Source: Eledone cirrhosa
Lineage: Eukaryota
Length of the DNA: 64,000 nucleotides
NCBI GenBank assembly: GCA_964016885.1
Contig: OZ024743.1
Coordinates: 140,244,001 to 140,308,000, forward strand
Reading direction: 5' to 3'
A program made the position numbers and the translations under genes. This document shows, piece by piece, positions 22,900 to 34,000 of the stretch (the first letter of the stretch is position 1; each line of letters opens with the position of its first letter). Below the pieces are notes generated by a model. The model was given only the letters and a program-made list of their open reading frames with translations, was not told the DNA's origin and ran no database searches.

Positions 22900-25800
22900 T
22901 TAGTGTTTGGTGCTAGGTGCTTGGGGTTTGGTGTTTGGTGCTTGGTGTTTGGTGCTTGGTGCTTGGTGTTTGGTGTTTGGTGTTTGGTGCTTGGTGCTTG
23001 GTATTTGGTGTTTGCTGTTTACTGTTTGGTGTTTGTTGTTTGGTGTTTGTTGTTTGGTGTTTGTTGTTTGGTGTTTGTTGTTTCGTGTTTGCTGTTTGGT
23101 GTTTGGTGTTTGTTGTTTGGTGTTTGCTGTTTGGTGTCTGCTTTTTGGTGTTTGGTGTTTGCTGTATGTTGTTTGCTGTTCGGTGTTTGGTGTTTGGTAT
23201 TTGGTGTTTGGTGCTTGGTGCTTGGTGTTTGGTGCTTGGTGCTTGGTGTTTGGTGCCTGGTGCTTGGTGCTTGGTGTTTGGTGTTTGGTGCTTGGTGCTT
23301 GGTGCTTGGAGTTTGGTGTTTGCTGCTTGTTGCTTGGTGTTTTGTGTTTGGTGTTTGGTTTTTGGTGCTTGGTGCTTGGTGCTTGGTCCTTGGTGTTTGG
23401 TGCTGGGTGCTTTGTGTATGGTGCTTGGTGCTTCGTGCTTGGTGTTTGGTGTTTGCTGCTTGGCGTTTGGTGCTTGGTGCTTGGTGCTTGGTGTTTTGTG
23501 TTTGGTGCTTGGTGCTTGGTGTTTGTACTTGGTGCTTGGTGCTTGGTGTTTGGTTCTTGGTTCTTGGTGTTTGGTACTTGGTGCTTGCTGCTTGGTGCTT
23601 GGTGTTTGGTGCTTGGTGTTTGGTGCTTGGTGCTTGGTGTTTGGTGCTTGGTGTTTGGTGTTTGGTGCTTGGTGCTTGGTGTTTGGTGTTTGGTGTTTGC
23701 TGTTTGCTGTTTGCTCTTTGGTGTCTGCTTTTTGGTGTTTGGTGTTTGCTGTATGGTGTTTGCTGTTTCGTGTTTGGTGTTTGCTGTTTGGTGTTTGGTC
23801 TTTGGTGCTTGGTGTTTGGTGCTTGGTGCTTGGTGTTTGGTGTTTGGTGCTTGGTGCTTGGTGTTTGGTGTTTGGTGCTTGGTGCTTGGTGCTTGGTATT
23901 TGGTGTTTGGTGCTTGGTGTCTGGTGCTTGGTGTTTGGTGCTTGGTGTTTGGTGTTTGGTGTTTGGTGCTTGGTGCTTGGTATTTGGTGTTTGGTGCTTG
24001 GTGCTTGGTGTTTGGTGTTTGGTGTTTGGTGTTTGGTGTTTGCTGTATGGTGTTTGCTGTTTCGTGTTTGGTGTTTGCTGTTTGGTGTTTGGTGTTTGCT
24101 GTTTGGTGTTTGGTCTTTGGTGCTTGGTGTTTGGTGCTTGGTGTTTGGTGTTTGGTGCTTGGTGCTTGGTGTTTGGTATTTGGTGCTTGGTGCTTGGTGC
24201 TTGGTGTTTGGTGTTTGGTGCTTGGTGCTTGGTGCTTGGTGTTTGGTGCTTGGTGCTTGGTGTTTGGTGCTGGGTGCTTGGTGTTTGGTGCTTGGTGCTT
24301 GGTGCTTGGTGTTTGGTGCTGGGTGCTTGGTGTTTGGTGTTTGGTGTTATATGCTTGGTGTTTGATGCTTGGTGCTTGGTGCTTGTTGTTTGGTGTTTGG
24401 TGCTTGGTGTTTGATGCTTGGTGTTTGATGCTTGGTGCTTGGTGCTTGGTGCATGGTGCTTGGTGTTTGGTGCTTGGTGTTTGGTGCTTGGTGTTAGGTG
24501 TTTGGTGCTTGGTGCTTGGTGTTTGGTGTTTGGTGCTTGGTGTTTGGTGCTTGGTGCTTGGTGTTTGGTGTTTGGTGCTTGGTGTTTGGTGCTTGCTACG
24601 TGGTGCTTGGTGCTTGGTGTTAGGTGTTTGGTGCTTGGTGCGTGGTGTTTGGTTTTTTGGTGCTTGGTGCTTGGTGTTTGGTGTTTGGTGCTTGCTGCTG
24701 GCTGCTTGGTGTTTGGTGCTTGGTGATTGGTGCTTGGTGTTTGGTGCTTGGTGTTTGGTGTTTGGTGCTAGGTGCTTGGTGCTTGGTGTTTGGTGCTTGG
24801 TGCTTGGTGTTTGGTGTTTGGTGCATTGTGCTTGGTGTTTGGTGCTTGGTGCTGGGTGGTTGGTGTTTGGTGCTTGGTGTTTGGTGCTGGGTGCTTGGTG
24901 TTTGGTGCTTGGTGCTTGGTGCTTGGTCTTTGGTGCTTGGTGTTTGGTGTTTGGTGCTTGGTGCTTGGTGCTTGGTGTTTGGTGCTTGGTGCTTGGCGTT
25001 TGGTGCTTGGTGCTTAGTGTTTGGTGCTAGGTGCTTGGGGTTAGGTGTTTGGTGCTTGGTGCTTGGTGTTTGGTGCTTGGTGCTTGGTGCTTGGTCTTTG
25101 GTGTTTGGTGTTTAGTGCTTGGTGCTTGGTGCTTGGTGTTTGGTGCTTGGTGCTTGGTGCATTGTGATTAGTGTTTGGTGCTTGGTGCTTGGGGTTTGGT
25201 GTTTGGTGCTTGGTGCTTGGTATTTGGTGCTTGGTACTTGGTGTTTGGTGCTTGGTGTTTGCTGTTTGCTGTTTGCTGTTTTTGGTGTTTGCTGTTTGCT
25301 GTTTGGTGTCTGCTTTTTGGTGTTTGGTGTTTGCTCTATGGTGTTTGCTGTTTCATGTTTGGTGTTTGCTGTTTGGTGTTTGGTGTTTGCTGTTTGGTGT
25401 TTGGTCTTTGGTGCTTGGTCTTTGGTGCTTGGTGTTTGGTGCTTGGTGCTTGGTGTTTGGTGTTTGGTGCTTGGTGCCTGGTGCTTGTTGTTTGGTGATT
25501 GGTGCTTGGTGTTTGCTGTTTGGTGTTTGGTGTTTGGTGTTTGCTGTTTGGTGTTTGGTGCTTGGTGCTTGGTGCTTGGTGTTTGGTGCTTGGTGCTTGG
25601 TGTTTGGTGCTTGGTGCTTGGTGTTTGGTGCTTGGTGCCTGGTGCTTGTTGTTTGGTGATTGGTGCTTGGTGTTTGGTGTTTGGTGTTTGGTGTTTGGTG
25701 TTTGCTGTTTGGTGTTTGGTGCTTGGTGTTTGATGCTTGGTGCTTGGTGCTTGGTGTTTGGTGTTTGGTGTTTGCTGTTTGCTGTTTGGTGCTTGGTGCT

Positions 25801-26040
25801 TGGTGCTTGGTGTTTGGTGCTTGGTGTTTGGTGCTTGGTGCTTGATGGTTGGTGTTTGTACTTGGTGCTTGGTGCTTGGTGTTTTGTGCTTGATTCTTGG
25901 TGTTTGGTGCTAGGTGTTTGCTGCTTAGTGCTTGGTGTTTGGTGTTTGGTACTTGGTGTTTGGTGCTTGGTGCTTGGTGCTTGGTGTTAGGTATTTGGTG
26001 CTTGGTGTTTGGTGTTTGGTGCTTCATGCTTGGTGCTTGG
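22900..26040 (+). repeat. ~3.1-kb block with a non-adjacent copy at ~30880-34400 (offset 7980 rising to ~8400)
   Basis: TTACTGT at 23019 and 30999. ORF pairs 22907/30887 and 22917/30897 (7980) and 25119/33524 (8405). TTGATTC at 25890 and 34260. Confidence 0.8.
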
Positions 26041-29000
26041 TGTTTGGTCTTTGGTGCTTGGTCTTTGGTGCTTGGTGTTTGGTGCTTGGTGCTTGGTGTT
26101 TGGTGTTTGGTGCTTGGTGCCTGGTGCTTGTTGTTTGGTGATTGGTGCTTGGTGTTTGCTGTTTGGTGTTTGGTGTTTGGTGTTTGCTGTTTTGTGTTTG
26201 GTGCTTGGTGCTTGGTGCTTGGTGTTTGGTGCTTGGTGCTTGGTGTTTGGTGCTTGGTGCTTGATGCTTGGTGTTTGTACTTGGTGCTTGGTGCTTGGTG
26301 TTTCGTGCTTGATTCTTGGTGTTTGGTGCTTGGTGTTTGGTGCTTAGTGCTTGGTGTTTGGTGTTTGGTGCTTGGTGTTTGGTGCTTGGTGCTTGGTACT
26401 TGGTGTTAGGTGTTTGGTGCTTGGTGTTTGGTGCTTGGTGCTTGGTGCTTGGTGTTAGGTGTTAGGTGTTTGGTGATTGGTGCTTGGTGTTTGGTGCTTG
26501 GTGCTTGATGTTTGGTGCTTGGTGCTTGGTGTTTGGTGCTTGGTGTTTGGTGCTTGGTACTTGGGGCTTAGTGTTTGGTGCTTGGTGCTTGGTGTTTGGT
26601 GCTTGGTGTTTGGTGCTTGGTGTTTGGTGCTTGGTGCTTGGTACTGGGTGGTTGGTGTTTGGTGCTTGGTGCTTGGTGTTTGGTGCTTGGTGCTTGGTGT
26701 TTGGTGCTTGGCGCTTGGTCTTTGGTGCTTGGTGTTTGCTGTTTGGTGTTTGGTGTTTGGTGTTTGCTGTTTGGTGTTTGGTGCTTGGTGCTTGGTGCTT
26801 GGTGTTTGGTGCTTGGTGCTTGGTGTTTGGTGCTTGGTGCTTGGTGTTTGGTGCTTGGTGCCTGGTGCTTGTTGTTTGGTGATTGGTGCTTGGTGTTTGC
26901 TGTTTGGTGTTTGGTGTTTGGTGTTTGCTGTTTGGTGTTTGGTGCTGGGTGCTTGGTGTTTGGTGTTTGATGCTTGGTGTTTGATGCTTGGTGCTTGGTG
27001 CTTGGTGTTTGGTGTTTGCTGTTTGCTGTTTGGTGTTAGGTGCTTGGTGCTTGGTGCTTGGTGTTTGGTGCTTGGTGTTTGGTGCTTGGTGTTTGATGGT
27101 TGGTGTTTGTACTTGGTGCTTGGTGCTTGGTGTTTTGTGCTTGATTCTTGGTGTTTGGTGCTAGGTGTTTGCTGCTTAGTGCTTGGTGTTTGGTGTTTGG
27201 TGCTTGGTGTTTGGTGCTTGGTGCTTGGTGCTTGGTGTTAGGTATTTCGTGCTTGGTGTTTGGTGTTTGGTGCTTCATGCTTGGTGCTTGGTGTTTGGTG
27301 CTTGGTGCTTGGTGTTTGGTGCTTGGTGCCTGGTGCATGGTGTTTGGTGCTTGATGCTTGGTGTTTGGTGTTTGGTGCTTGGTGTTTGGTGCTTGGTGCT
27401 TGGTGCTTGGTGTTAGGTGTTAGGTGTTTGATGCTTGGTGTTTGCTGTTTGGTGTTTGTTGTTTGCTGTTTGGTGTTTGGTCTTTGGTGCTTGGTCTTTG
27501 GTGCTTGGTGTTTGGTGGTTGGTGCTTGGTGTTTGGTGTTTGGTGCTTGGTGCCTGGTGCTTGTTGTTTGGTGATTGGTGCTTGGTGTTTGCTGTTTGGT
27601 GTTTGGTGTTTGGTGTTTGCTGTTTTGTGTTTGGTGCTTGGTGCTTGGTGCTTGGTGTTTGGTGCTTGGTGCTTGGTGTTTGGTGCTTGGTGCTTGATGC
27701 TTGGTGTTTGTACTTGGTGCTTGGTGCTTGGTGTTTTGTGCTTGATTCTTGGTGTTTGGTGCTTGGTGCTTGGTGCTTAGTGCTTGGTGTTTGGTGTTTG
27801 GTGCTTGGTGTTTGGTGCTTGGTGCTTGGTGCTTGGTGTTAGGTGTTTGGTGATTGGTGTTTGGTGTTTGGTGCTCCATGCTTGGTGCTTGGTGTTTGGT
27901 GCTTGGTGCTTGGTGTTTGGTGCTTGGTGCCTGGTGCATGGTGTTTGGTGCTTGATGCTTGGTGTTTGGTGTTTGGTGCTTGGTGTTTGGTGCTTGGTGC
28001 TTTGTGTTTGGTGTTAGGTGTTAGGTGTTTGGTGATTGGTGCTTGGTGTTTGGTGCTTGGTGCTTGATGTTTGGTGCTTGGTGCTTGGTGTTTGGTGCTT
28101 GGTGTTTGGTGCTTGGTACTTGGGGCTTGGTGTTTGGTGCTTGGAGCTTGGTGTTTGGTGCTTGGTGTTTGGTGTTTGGTGCTTGGTGTTTGGAGCTTGG
28201 TGCTTGGTGCTGGTTGGTTGGTGTTTGGTGCTTGGTGCTTGGTGTTTGGTGCTTGGTGCTTGGTGTTTGGTGCTTGGCGCTTGGTGCTTAGTCTTTGGTG
28301 CTTGGTGATTAGTGTTTGGTGCTTGGTGCTTGGGGTTTGGTGTTTGGTGCTTGGTGCTTGGTGTTTGGTGCTTGGTGCTTGGTGATTGGTGCTTGGTGTT
28401 TGGTTTTTGCTGTTTGGTGTTTGGTGTTTGCTGTTTGCTGTTTGCTGTTTGGTGTCTGCTTTTTGGTGTTTGGTGTTTGCTGTATCGTGTTTGCTGTTTC
28501 GTGTTTATTGTTTGCTGTTTGGTGTTTGGTGTTTGGTGTTTGGTGTTTCCTGTTTGGTGTTTAGTCTTTGGTGCTTGGTGTTTGGAGCTTGGTGCTTGGT
28601 GTTTGGTGTTTGGTGCTTGGTGCTTGGTGTTTGGTGCTTGGTGCTTGTTGTTTGGTGATTGGTGCTTGGTGCTTGGTGTTTGGTGTTTGGTGCTTGGGGC
28701 TTGGTGTTTGGTGCTTGGTGCTTGGTGCTTGGTGCTTGGTGCTTGGTGTTTGGTGTTTGATGATTGGTGTTTGGTGTTTGGTGTTTGGTGCTTGGTGCTT
28801 GGTGTTTGGTGTTTGATGCTTCCTGCTTGATGCTTGGTGCTTGGTGCTTGGTGTTTGGTGCTTGGTGCTTGGTGTTTGGTGCTTGGTACTTGGTGTTTGG
28901 TTCTTGGTGTTTGCTGTTTGCTGTTTGGTCTTTGGTGTTTGCTGTTTGCTGTTTGGTGTCTGCTTTTTGGTGTTTGTTGTTTGCTCTATGGTGTTTGCTG

Positions 29001-31049
29001 TTTCATGTTTGGTGTTTGCTGTTTGGTGTTTGTTGTTTGGTGTTTGGTGCTTGGTGTTTGGTGCTTGGTGCTTGGTGTTTGGTGCTAGGTGCTTGGTGCT
29101 TGGTGCTTGGTGTTTGGTGTTTGGTGCTTGGTACTTGGGGCTTGGTGTTTGGTGCTTGGTGCTTCGTGCTTGGTGTTTGGTGCTTGGTGCTTGGTGTTTG
29201 GTGTTTGGTGCTTGGTGCCTGGTGCTTGTTGTTTGGTGATTGGTGCTTGGTGTTTGCTGTTTGGTGCTGCGTGCTTGGTGCTTGGTGCTTGGTGTTTGAT
29301 GCTTGGTGCTTGATGCTTGGTGCTTGGTGCTTGGTGTTTGGTGTTAGGTGTTTTGTGTTTGGTGTTTGATGCTTGGTGTTTGGTGTTTGGTGCTTGTTGC
29401 TTGGTGTTTGGTGTTTGATGCTTGGTGCTTGATGCTTGGTGCTTGGTGCTTGGTGTTTGGTGCTTGGTGCTTGGTGTTTGTACTTGGTGTTTGGTGCTTG
29501 GTGTTTGGAGCTTGGTGCTTGGTGTTTGGTGCTTGGTGCTTGGTGTTTGGTGTTTGGTGCTTGGTGTTTGGTGCTTGGTGCTTGGTGCTTGGTGTTAGGT
29601 GTTTGGTGCTTCATGCCTGGTGCTTGGTGTTTGGTGCTTGGTGCTTGGTGTTTGGTGCTTGGTGCCTGGTGCGTGGTGTTTGTTGCTTGGTGCTTGGTGT
29701 TTGGTGTTTGGTGCTTGGTGTTTGGTGCTTGGTGCTTGGTGTTAGGTGTTAGGTGTTTGGTGCTTGGTGCTTGGTGCTTGGTGTTTGGTGTTTGGTGTTT
29801 GGCGCTTGCTGCTTGCTGCTTGGTGTTTGGTGCTTGGTGATTGGTGCTTGGTGTTTGGTGCTTGGTGCTTGGTGTTTGGTGCTAGGTGCTTGGTGCTTGG
29901 TGCTTGGTGTTTGGTGTTTGGTGCTTGGTACTTGGGGCTTGGTGTTTGGTGCTTGGTGCTTCGTGTTTGGTGTTTGGTGCTTGGTGCTTGGCGTTTAGTG
30001 TTTGGTGCTTGGTGTTTGGTGCTTGGTGCTTGGTGCTTGGTGCTTGGTGTTTGGTGCTTGGTGCTTGGTGCTTGGTGTTTGGTGATTGGTGTTTGGTGTT
30101 TGGTGCTTGGTGCTTGGTGTTTGGTGCTTGGTGCTTGGTGATTAGTGTTTGGTGCTTGGTGCTTGGGGTTTGGTGTTTGGTGCTTGGTGCTTGGTGCTTG
30201 GTGCTTGGTTCTTGGTGTTTGGTGCTTGGTGCTTGGTGTTTGGTGTTTGGTGCTTGGTGCTTGGTGTTTGGTGCTTGGTGTTTGGTGCTTGGTGTTTGGT
30301 GCTTGGTGCTTGGTGCTTGGTGCATGGTGCTTGGTGTTTGGTGCTTGGTGTTTGGTGCTTGGTTTTCGGAGTTTGGTGCTTGGTGCTTGGTGTTTGGTGT
30401 TTGGTGCTTGGTATTTGGTGCTTGGTGCTTGGTGTTTGGTGTTTGGTGCTTGGTGTTTGGTGCTTGCTACGTGGTGCTTGGTGCTTGGTGTTAGGTGTTT
30501 AGTGCTTGGTGCGTGGTGTTTGGTTTTTGGTGCTTGGTGCTTGGTGTTTGGTGTTTGGTGCTTGCTGCTGGCTGCTTGGTGTTTGGTGCTTGGTGATTGG
30601 TGCTTGGTGTTTGGTGCTTGGTGTTTGGTGTTTGGTGCTAGGTGCTTGGTGCTTGGTGTTTGGTGATGATTGGTGCTTGGTGTTTGGTGTTTGGTGCTTG
30701 GTGCTTGGTGTTTGGTGCTTGGTGCTGGGTGGTTGGTGTTTGGTGCTTGGTGTTTGGTGCTGGGTGCTTGGTGTTTGGTGCTTGGTGCTTGGTCTTTGGT
30801 GCTTGGTGTTTGGTGTTTGGTGCTTGGTGCTTGGTGCTTGGTGTTTGGTGCTTGGTGCTTGGTGTTTGGTGCTTGGTGCTTAGTGTTTGGTGCTAGGTGC
30901 TTGGGGTTTGGTGTTTGGTGCTTGGTGTTTGGTGCTTGGTGCTTGGTGTTTGGTGTTTGGTGTTTGGTGCTTGGTGCTTGGTATTTGGTGTTTGCTGTTT
31001 ACTGTTTGGTGTTTGTTGTTTGGTGTTTGTTGTTTGGTGTTTGTTGTTT

Positions 31050-34000
31050 GGTGTTTGTTGTTTGGTGTTTGCTGTTTGGTGTTTGGTGTTTGTTGTTTGG
31101 TGTTTGCTGTTTGGTGTCTGCTTTTTGGTGTTTGGTGTTTGCTGTATGTTGTTTGCTGTTTGGTGTTTGGTGTTTGGTAATTGGTGTTTGGTGCTTGGTG
31201 CTTGGTGTTTGGTGATTGGTGCTTGGTGTTTGGTGCCTGGTGCTTGGTGCTTGGTGTTTGGTGTTTGGTGCTTGGTGCTTGGTGCTTGGAGTTTGGTGTT
31301 TGGTGCTTGTTGCTTGGTGTTTTGTGTTTGGTGTTTGGATTTTGGTGCTTGGTGCTTGGTGCTTGGTCCTTGGTGTTTGGTGCTGGGTGCTTTGTGTTTG
31401 GTGCTTGGTGCTTCGTGCTTGGTGTTTGGTGTTTGCTGCTTGGTGTTTGGTGCTTGGTGCTTGGTGCTTGGTGTTTTGTGTTTGGTGCTTGGTGCTTGGT
31501 GTTTGTACTTGGTGCTTGGTGCTTGGTGTTTGGTTCTTGGTTCTTGGTGTTTGGTACTTGGTGCTTGCTGCTTGGTGGTTGGTGTTTGGTGCTTGGTGTT
31601 TGGTGCTTGGTGCTTGGTGTTTGGTGCTTGGTGTTTGGTGTTCGGTGCTTGGTGCTTGGTGTTTGGTGTTTGGTGTTTGCTGTTTGCTGTTTGCTGTTTG
31701 GTGTCTGCTTTTTGGTGTTTGGTGTTTGCTGTATGGTGTTTGCTGTTTCGTGTTTGGTGTTTGCTGTTTGGTGTTTGGTCTTTGGTGCTTGGTGTTTGGT
31801 GCTTGGTGCTTGGTGTTTGGTGTTTGGTGCTTGGTGCTTGGTGTTTGGTGTTTGGTGCTTGGTGCTTGGTGCTTGGTATTTGATGTTTGGTGCTTGGTGT
31901 CTGGTGCTTGGTGTTTGGTGCTTGGTGTTTGGTGTTTGGTGTTTGGTGCTTGGTGCTTGGTATTTGGTGTTTGGTGCTTGGTGTCTGGTGCTTGGTGTTT
32001 GGTGCTTGGTGTTTGGTGTTTGGTGTTTGGTGCTTGGTGCTTGGTGTTTGGTGTTTGGTGTTTGGTGTTTGGTGTTTGCTGTTTGGTGTCTGCTTTTTGG
32101 TGTTTGGTGTTTGCTGTATGGTGTTTGCTGTTTCGTGTTTGGTGTTTGCTGTTTGGTGTTTGGTGTTTGCTGTTTGGTGTTTGGTCTTTGGTGCTTGGTG
32201 TTTGGTGCTTGGTGTTTGGTGTTTGGTGCTTGGTGCTTGGTGTTTGGTATTTGGTGCTTGGTGCTTGGTGCTTGGTGTTTGGTGTTTGGTGCTTGGTGCT
32301 TGGTGCTTGGTGTTTGGTGCTTGGTGCTTGGTGTTTGGTGCTGGGTGCTTGGTGTTTGGTGCTTGGTGCTTGGTGCTTGGTGCTTGGTGTTTGGTGTTAT
32401 ATGCTTGGTGTTTGATGCTTGGTGCTTGTTGCTTGGTGTTTGGTGCTTGGTGTTTGGTGTTTGGTGTTTGGTGCTTGTTGCTTGGTACTTGGTGCTTGGT
32501 GTTTGGTGCTTGGTGCTTGGTGTTTGGTGCTGGGTGCTGGGTGCTTGGTGCTTGGTGCATGGTGCTTGGTGCTTGGTGTTTGGTGTTTGGTGCTTGGTGC
32601 TTGGTGTTTGGTGTTATATGCTTGGTGTTTGATGCTTGGTGCTTGTTGCTTGGTGTTTGGTGTTTGGTGCTTGGTGTTTGATGCTTGGTGCTTGGTGCTT
32701 GGTGTTTGGTGCTTGGTGCTTGGTGTTTGTACTTGGTGCTTGGTGCATGGTTCTTGGTGTTTGGTGCTTGGTGCTTGGTGCTTGGTGTTTGGTGCTTGGT
32801 GCTTGGTGTTTGGTGCTTGGTGTTTGGTGCTTGGTGTTTGGTGCTTGGTGCTTGGTGCTTGGTGCATGGTGCTTGGTGTTTGGTGCTTGGTGTTTGGTGC
32901 TTGGTGTTAGGTGTTTGGTGCTTGGTGCTTGGTGTTTGGTGTTTGGTGCTTGGTTTTTGGTGCTTGGTGCTTGGTGTTTGGTGTTTGGTGCTTGGTGTTT
33001 GGTGCTTGCTACGTGGTGCTTGGTGCTTGGTGTTAGGTGTTTGGTTCTTGGTGCGTGGTGTTTGGTTTTTGGTGCTTGGTGCTTGGTGTTTGGTGTTTGG
33101 TGCTTGCTGCTGGCTGCTTGGTGTTTGGTGCTTGGTGATTGGTGCTTGGTGTTTGGTGCTTGGTGTTTGGTGTTTGGTGCTAGGTGCTTGGTGCTTGGTG
33201 TTTGGTGCTTGGTGCTTGGTGTTTGGTGTTTGGTGCTTTGTGCTTGGTGTCTGGTGCTTGGTGCTGGGTGGTTGGTGTTTGGTGCTTGGTGTTTGGTGCT
33301 GGGTGCTTGGTGTTTGGTGCTTGGTGCTTGGTCTTTGGTGCTTGGTGTTTGGTGTTTGGTGCTTGGTGCTTGGTGCTTGGTGTTTGGTGCTTGGTGCTTG
33401 GTGTTTGGTGCTTGGTGCTTAGTGTTTGGTGCTAGGTGCTTGGGGTTTGGTGTTTGGTGCTTGGTGCTTGGTGTTTGGTGCTTGGTGCTTGGTGCTTGGT
33501 CTTTGCTGTTTGGTGTTTAGTGCTTGGTGCTTGGTGCTTGGTGTTTGGTGCTTGGTGCTTGGTGCATTATGATTAGTGTTTGGTGCTTGGTGCTTGGGGT
33601 TTGGTGTTTGGTGCTTGGTGCTTGGTATTTGGTGCTTGGTACTTGGTGTTTGGTGCTTGGTGTTTGCTGTTTGCTGTTTGCTGTTTTTGGTGTTTGCTGT
33701 TTGCTGTTTGGTGTCTGCTTTTTGGTGTTTGGTGTTTGCTCTATGGTGTTTGCTGTTTCATGTTTGGTGTTTGCTGTTTGGTGTTTGGTGTTTGCTGTTT
33801 GGTGTTTGGTCTTTGGTGCTTGGTCTTTGGTGCTTGGTGTTTGGTGCTTGGTGCTTGGTGTTTGGTGTTTGGTGCTTGGTGCCTGGTGCTTCTTGTTTGG
33901 TGATTGGTGCTTCGTGTTTGCTGTTTGGTGTTTGGTGCTTGGTGTTTGCTGTTTGGTGTTTGGTGCTTGGTGCTTGGTGCTTGGTGTTTGGTGCTTGGTG